DNA from: Gammaproteobacteria bacterium
GTDB lineage: Bacteria; Pseudomonadota; Gammaproteobacteria; UBA4575
DNA: 64,000 nt
NCBI GenBank assembly: GCA_965222615.1
Contig: CBDCUI010000007.1
Location: forward strand, 384,001-448,000
Reading direction: 5' to 3'
Shown here: piece by piece, positions 58,698 through 64,000 of the stretch
Layout: every line of letters starts with the position of its first letter
Numbering within the stretch: the stretch's first letter is position 1
Program-made: the position numbers and the translations under genes
The notes under the pieces: model-generated
The model's input: the letters and a program-made list of their open reading frames with translations, nothing else
Databases searched by the model: none
What the model was told of the DNA's origin: nothing

Positions 58698-59432
58698 TTA
58701 AGTCGTGACAAATTGATGCAATTTAGCACCTAGTATTTCGCCCAAATTACCTAAAAATAAGGTGCCCATGCCGCTTTGAAACCGATTCGCATCAGTACTA
58801 CCTAAAAATAATACTCCAAGTTGTTGCCGATTTTTCTTTAACGCCACTGCTGCTGCAGATCGTATAGGTTTTTTATCTTGTTCCTGGGCAAAAACACTCT
58901 CAATCTGGCGTTTAGTCAGAAAGGCTACCCCACGCCGGCGGCTAGAAAACAAGTCTTGAACCAGCTTAGATTTCGATAAGCTTGTTTTCATATAACCACA
59001 TTCCTTTACTTTTGTATTTGGCATTATTTCAAATAATCGCATATACACTTTAGTCCCTGGGAAGTCCGCATGTAGTAATTCTTGTATGCCACTTAAAGTC
59101 GATTCAAAACCCTTGATTGAAACAATAGATAAGGCCATGGTGTGTAAGCGTCGACTGACCCGCTCATTATCTTTCGCTACCGTGATCAGTTGTTGGAGTT
59201 TGCGTTCTAGCTCTTTATTTTTGCTACGCAACAACTCCACTTGGCGTTCAACCAAGGAAACGGCTTCTCCTGTTTCATGTGGGATGGCGAGTGTCTCAAT
59301 CAATTCAGAATGGTGCATAAAGAAATCGCTGTGTGTACGCAAATAACGTGCTACATCTTCACGATTCAGTTTAGATTTAGAAACTGCTACTTGACTACTG
59401 CTCGTTAAATCAGGCTTGGTCTGTATGGTCAT
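58698..59432 (-). CDS. DUF484 (YigA) family protein
   Basis: VARYL..H.DFF, AVSLVERQ..LR and RF..GMGTLFL. Confidence 0.9.
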   Translation of the reverse strand: MTIQTKPDLTSSSQVAVSKSKLNREDVARYLRTHSDFFMHHSELIETLAIPHETGEAVSLVERQVELLRSKNKELERKLQQLITVAKDNERVSRRLHTMALSIVSIKGFESTLSGIQELLHADFPGTKVYMRLFEIMPNTKVKECGYMKTSLSKSKLVQDLFSSRRRGVAFLTKRQIESVFAQEQDKKPIRSAAAVALKKNRQQLGVLFLGSTDANRFQSGMGTLFLGNLGEILGAKLHQFVTT

Positions 59433-60259
59433 AGAGTTAGGCTCCCCTCAAAACTTAATTCCGCCGGTCCAGTCATAAGTACTGGCCCGCTTGGATGATT
59501 ACACTCTATTTGCAAAATACCGCCTGGCAACTCTACAGCTACTTCACTTTCAAGGAGACCCTGGGCTTGTCCTACTGCAACGGCAGCACAAGCTCCGCTG
59601 CCACATGCACTGGTTTCGCCAACATCCCTCTCAAAAACACGCAACTTTATATGTTGTGTGTCTAATAACTGCATAAAGCCAACATTTACTTTATTCGGAA
59701 ACATAGAGTGTGTTTCGATTTTGGGGCCTAAGGTGGTGACGGGCGCATTATCGATATTATCAACTTGTATAACTGCATGTGGGTTACCCATAGAAACCGC
59801 ACCTATTTCAATTTGCTGCCCTTCGACGTCAAGCGTGTAACTTGGTGAAGTTGTAGCATATGTAAATGGGATTTTCTTTGGTTCAAAAATTGGCACACCC
59901 ATATCGACAGTAACAAAATCATCGTCACGAAGATAAATACGATATACACCACTAATTGTTTTAATATTAATCGAACTTTTGTTGGTTAATCCATTGAGCG
60001 ATAGAAATTTTCCTACACATCGAGCTCCATTTCCACACTGCTCAACTTCTTCTCCATTGCTGTTATAGATATGATAATTAAAGTCGACTTCACTGTCATT
60101 AGCTGATTTGACGACTAAGATCTGATCACATCCAATACCTCGTCTTCGATCTGCAATCCAACGTAACTGCTTTTTAGAAAGATGCACATCCTGATTCACA
60201 GCATCAAAGACTGCGAAATCATTACCTAATCCGTGCATTTTTGCAAATTGTAATTGCAT
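59429..60259 (-). CDS. dapF: Diaminopimelate epimerase
   Basis: KMHGLGNDF, EQCGNGARC, SMGNPH and ETSACGSGACA. Confidence 0.97.
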   Translation of the reverse strand: MQLQFAKMHGLGNDFAVFDAVNQDVHLSKKQLRWIADRRRGIGCDQILVVKSANDSEVDFNYHIYNSNGEEVEQCGNGARCVGKFLSLNGLTNKSSINIKTISGVYRIYLRDDDFVTVDMGVPIFEPKKIPFTYATTSPSYTLDVEGQQIEIGAVSMGNPHAVIQVDNIDNAPVTTLGPKIETHSMFPNKVNVGFMQLLDTQHIKLRVFERDVGETSACGSGACAAVAVGQAQGLLESEVAVELPGGILQIECNHPSGPVLMTGPAELSFEGSLTL

Positions 60260-60332
60260 AACAACTATAAGCTTGTGGAAAGTTGAAAATTAAACCCTCA
60301 AATTAAGAATACCTTTCAGAATATTGCTAATG

Positions 60333-60749
60333 TTACTTCATTAAACGCATATACTCTTTATAAATACACTTATCCATTACGGTTAAAACATTTTCATTGC
60401 TAGCTTTAATCGCACTATCCGCATCTTTAACCCCTTCCTGTAACCACATTACCTTAACTTTCTTGTCGATACATTGATCAGCAATCTCTGCTACATACTT
60501 CGATGCACGAAATACATTGACTAAATCAACTTTAAAAGGAATATCTTGCAAAGACCGATAAGCTTTTTGTCCTAATATCTTTGTAACTGCTGGACGTACC
60601 GGAATAATATCGTAACCAAACTCTTGCATATGCTTGGCCACATGATGACTGGGGCGATCTGATTTGGGTGACAACCCTATTACAGCAATGCTTTTAATAG
60701 ACTCAAATAGCTCAATAAGCGCCGTATCACCCGGGGTTTCATAGTGCAT
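60333..60749 (-). CDS. CoA-binding protein (YccU-like)
   Basis: IAVIGLSPKSDRPS, VDLVNVFR, WLQEG and MDKC. Confidence 0.9.
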   Translation of the reverse strand: MHYETPGDTALIELFESIKSIAVIGLSPKSDRPSHHVAKHMQEFGYDIIPVRPAVTKILGQKAYRSLQDIPFKVDLVNVFRASKYVAEIADQCIDKKVKVMWLQEGVKDADSAIKASNENVLTVMDKCIYKEYMRLMK

Positions 60750-60752
60750 ATT

Positions 60753-61415
60753 CTATATATATCCAAAGATTAATATATGTCTGTCACTAATTTTTTTCAC
60801 ATTCAAACTATTTAAACTTGCAGTCTTTAATTGATCCTGTACTTCATCAATTGTAAATGCCGCTAATAAAGAGTTATAAAAGTCACGGCGCAGGATGTCT
60901 GGTTCATTCTTTGTATACTCCGTAACAAGCCGTTTTGCAGAAATTTCAGATTCAGGCCGAATCAAGTCACAAACAAATACTGCGGTGCCTGACGTTGCAT
61001 ATTGTCGTACACAGGACCATAAATGCTGTGGCTCATGCAGATGATGTAATAAGCTATTCGATACAATCACATCATAGTGTTGATTAGGTAATTCACAATC
61101 TGGTATACGATATAAATGTAGTGTGATGCGATGCTGCAAAGACTCCGATTCAATCCTATGTTGTGCCTGAATTAACATTTCTTTCGCACCGTCTACGGCA
61201 TCGACTTTGCAGTTAGGGAATTTGTGTGCAAATCGAATTGCCATGTCGGCAGGACCACATCCCAGATCTAATAGCGTGGCTATATCAACTAGATCAGGAA
61301 AGACTTCATCAAAGTGATTGACAATGTTGCTATGGGCATCGTCGAAATTTGCTTGGCTATAGGCGATCACTTGTTGTGCATCGTCCATCAACTCTGGCTC
61401 GACTATTCTTTGCAT
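60753..61415 (-). CDS. Class I SAM-dependent methyltransferase
   Basis: R..EPELMDD, LDLGCGPAD, SNSLLHH and SLLAAFT. Confidence 0.88.
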   Translation of the reverse strand: MQRIVEPELMDDAQQVIAYSQANFDDAHSNIVNHFDEVFPDLVDIATLLDLGCGPADMAIRFAHKFPNCKVDAVDGAKEMLIQAQHRIESESLQHRITLHLYRIPDCELPNQHYDVIVSNSLLHHLHEPQHLWSCVRQYATSGTAVFVCDLIRPESEISAKRLVTEYTKNEPDILRRDFYNSLLAAFTIDEVQDQLKTASLNSLNVKKISDRHILIFGYI

Positions 61416-61460
61416 TTTATTTGGGTTTCATTTACTTGATTTACATTGACCCGCTTTGTA

Positions 61461-62708
61461 TCAATCAGGAATAATTTCGTTTTCAAATAATTGATTTATC
61501 GTCTCGCGTCGGCGAATCAAATAGGCTTGCTCACCATCCACTAAAATTTCGGCTGCACGTACACGTGAATTGTAATTACTTGCCATAACAAACCCATAAG
61601 CACCTACGGCATGGACTACCAATAAGTCACCCTCTTGAGCTTTTATTAAACGATCTTTGGCAAAAAAATCTCCAGTTTCACAAACTGGTCCGACTACATC
61701 ACAAAGTATTTCGTTGCCACTATTTTGTTTAATATTATTTATGTCGTGCCAAGCTGAATATAATGACGGACGTAAAAAATCATTCATGGCTGCATCAACC
61801 AAGACAAACTTTTTATCGATATTGTCCTTAATGTGTTCTACTCGAGTGAGCAATATTCCTGCCTCACCCACAATTGCGCGTCCGGGTTCAACTAACAGCT
61901 CCAGCTTTCTATCTTGCATGAAGCTTGCTACCAGTTGCGCATAATCGTTTATGGACGGTGCCTGGTCATGGTCTTCGTAACGAATTCCAAGCCCGCCGCC
62001 TAAATCAATATGCTGGAGGTGAATTCCGGTATCACTTAATTCATCAATTAGTTTGAAAACTCGTTCAAAGCAAGTTTCAAATGGCACCAAATCTAATAAT
62101 TGTGAACCAATGTGGCAATCCACACCAATAGCATGCAGATGACTACATGCTGTAATCTGCTTATAGATGTCTACAGCTTGCTTGATATCAACACCAAATT
62201 TATTTTCCTTCAACCCAGTAGAAATATAGGGGTGGGTTGTGGAATCGACATCAGGATTTACACGTAACGACACCTTTGCATGCACATCCATTTCACGTGT
62301 AATAGCATCTAAACGCACTAACTCAGGTATAGACTCTATATTGAAACAATAAATTCCTGTTAATAAGGCGCGATGAATTTCATCTGCACGCTTAGCCACT
62401 CCTGAAAACACTACTTTAATAGGATCGCCCCCTGCGCGAACCACACGCTCAAGTTCACCAATAGAAACAATGTCGAAGCCTGCACCAAGTTTGGCTAGCA
62501 AATTTAAGATTGCCAGATTTGAATTGGCTTTTACTGCATAACAAATGCGAGTCGGTAAATTCTGAAATGCTTGAGCAAAAGCTTGGTAATTGCTTTCAAT
62601 TGTAGCTTTTGAATAGACGTAACAAGGCGTGCCATAGGCATTGGCAAGTTCCAAGAGATTTACATCTTCAGCAAATAACAAATTGTTGCGATAGTGACAG
62701 GACTTCAT
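61461..62708 (-). CDS. lysA: Diaminopimelate decarboxylase
   Basis: YAVKANSN, HIGSQ, EPGR, GPVCETGD and GAYG..MASNYN. Confidence 0.97.
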   Translation of the reverse strand: MKSCHYRNNLLFAEDVNLLELANAYGTPCYVYSKATIESNYQAFAQAFQNLPTRICYAVKANSNLAILNLLAKLGAGFDIVSIGELERVVRAGGDPIKVVFSGVAKRADEIHRALLTGIYCFNIESIPELVRLDAITREMDVHAKVSLRVNPDVDSTTHPYISTGLKENKFGVDIKQAVDIYKQITACSHLHAIGVDCHIGSQLLDLVPFETCFERVFKLIDELSDTGIHLQHIDLGGGLGIRYEDHDQAPSINDYAQLVASFMQDRKLELLVEPGRAIVGEAGILLTRVEHIKDNIDKKFVLVDAAMNDFLRPSLYSAWHDINNIKQNSGNEILCDVVGPVCETGDFFAKDRLIKAQEGDLLVVHAVGAYGFVMASNYNSRVRAAEILVDGEQAYLIRRRETINQLFENEIIPD

Positions 62709-62771
62709 AAAGTGTTTAACAGCTATAACAATTGAATTTTGAGCATACTACATGCTCATTCGATTTTGAGT

Positions 62772-62921
62772 TCAATTCTTGGATTGATCTTTAGACTTTT
62801 GTTTAGAATTGTCTTCTGCAGGGTCTTCTGGTAGATATAAATCACCAGTCTGGCCACAGCCAATAATGCTCGCCAGTAATAAAATCACAGGAATAACAAT
62901 AAACAACTTGAACTTGGACAT
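62772..62921 (-). CDS. lptM: Small lipoprotein LptM/YifL
   Basis: GCGQTGDLYLP motif directly upstream of lysA; ATG 62921. Confidence 0.85.
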   Translation of the reverse strand: MSKFKLFIVIPVILLLASIIGCGQTGDLYLPEDPAEDNSKQKSKDQSKN

Positions 62922-62983
62922 CGTAATACGCTTTCTTTCAACTCTATTGTATAGAGCTCGAGCTTGACAGGGAACCACTCAAC

Positions 62984-63661
62984 ATGACGCTTTCCACCAT
63001 ACAAATGGATACTCAAGCTAATCCTGATTGCGCGGTCATTTGGCTTCATGGTCTTGGCGCCAGTGGCCATGACTTTGAACCGATTGTTGAACAGTTGAAT
63101 CTACCCAAAACTTTACGGGTGCGTTTCATCTTTCCACATGCCCCCGTTCAACCAGTAAGCCTTAACCATGGCATACCAATGCCCGCCTGGTACGACATTT
63201 ATGGACTGGAAATTGAAAGTAAAGAAGATGCTGAGGGAATCAAACGAATAAAAACTGATATCGATGCATTGATCGCGACGCAGAAGAATGACGGAATTCC
63301 CGTAGAGCGTATTGTGCTAGCAGGTTTTTCACAGGGTGGAGCATTAACTTTGTTTGTCGGTTTAAGTCATACACAAAAGTTGGCAGGACTCATTGTCCTG
63401 TCTGCTTATCTACCGCTACGTCATGAGCTAGAAGACTATGCAGCACATACGGATCGCAGCTTACCATTATTTTTAGCACACGGAAGTTATGACGATGTTG
63501 TGCCTTTAGAGTTTGCCCAAATTGCTCAACAAAAGCTTGAACAACAGGGCTTTAATATTGATTTAAAGTTATACCCCTGTGCACACAACGTTTGTGCAGA
63601 AGAAATCAGTGATATTCGAGCTTGGCTACTCAAAACATTCAAAAACCATCTAGCACGCTGA
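62984..63661 (+). CDS. Carboxylesterase / phospholipase (alpha/beta hydrolase)
   Basis: IWLHGLG, MPAWYDI, GFSQGG and HG..D.VVP. Confidence 0.92.
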   Translation: MTLSTIQMDTQANPDCAVIWLHGLGASGHDFEPIVEQLNLPKTLRVRFIFPHAPVQPVSLNHGIPMPAWYDIYGLEIESKEDAEGIKRIKTDIDALIATQKNDGIPVERIVLAGFSQGGALTLFVGLSHTQKLAGLIVLSAYLPLRHELEDYAAHTDRSLPLFLAHGSYDDVVPLEFAQIAQQKLEQQGFNIDLKLYPCAHNVCAEEISDIRAWLLKTFKNHLAR

Positions 63662-63724
63662 TCCTGCGTTGTCTAAGCCTGCTATCTACTATTTTGAAAT
63701 ATGGTTTACTTCTATTAAGTTTTC

Positions 63725-64000
63725 TTAAGCTTTGAACTTTTGCAGACGTTGTTGTGCTAGTTTTATTTGTTCGGACACTCGTGCGGGCGAAGTTCCTCCA
63801 TAGGTATTCTTCGAGTTAACTGATCCCTCTAATGAAAGAATATCAAAAACATCTTTGCCAATGGAGGGACTAAATTTTTGTAGCTCATGCAACCCAAGCT
63901 GATGTAACTGTTTATTTTCGGAAATAGCATACTTAACGGCTTTTCCTACTACTTCATGCGCATCTCGAAACGGTACTTTCTTTTTTACTAAATAATCTGC
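63725..64000 (-). CDS. argH: Argininosuccinate lyase, 3' end (gene runs off the window; absent from the ORF track)
   Basis: Manual translation ADYLVKKKVPFRDAHEVVGKAV...GGTSPARV. Confidence 0.9.
   Translation of the reverse strand, partial: ADYLVKKKVPFRDAHEVVGKAVKYAISENKQLHQLGLHELQKFSPSIGKDVFDILSLEGSVNSKNTYGGTSPARVSEQIKLAQQRLQKFKA

Noticed and set aside
58471-58708. Two short plus-strand ORFs (76 and 64 aa)
   Set aside because: Readings of the palindromic element and its insert
63961-64000. Frameshift in the argH poly-A run
   Set aside because: Recounting gives an uninterrupted frame ADYLVKKKVPFRDAH

Overview
AT-rich, mostly core-genome chromosome segment of a Gammaproteobacterium. It holds about 66 protein genes, including priA-argS-SPOR, nadA, speA/speE, the porin-glnK-amtB operon, ubiK-comM, dsbA-cytochrome c4-engB, polA, thrB plus a TRAP transporter, uvrD, ubiE-ubiJ-ubiB, hslVU, lptM-lysA-dapF-DUF484-xerC and a partial argH. 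I saw no rRNA, tRNA, CRISPR array, transposase or prophage. The most interesting signals are non-coding. (1) A likely sigmaE-driven small RNA in the polA/engB slot (about 35492-35605, minus strand), built of tandem hairpins with C-rich anti-Shine-Dalgarno-like loops. (2) A dispersed family of at least nine ERIC/RPE-like palindromic elements whose arms co-vary within each copy; one copy carries a second, nested 70-bp multi-hairpin insert. (3) An unannotated small ORF behind a near-consensus CsrA site. (4) Tandem DnaA boxes before priA. Accessory protein signals are an ArsR-rhodanese/desaturase/DsrE module with a palindromic operator, a cassette-like run of orphan genes between ubiE and DUF971, a catalytically dead cNMP-GGDEF protein and a degenerate ExeA-like ATPase. 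All calls come from reading the sequence by eye; no database searches were run.
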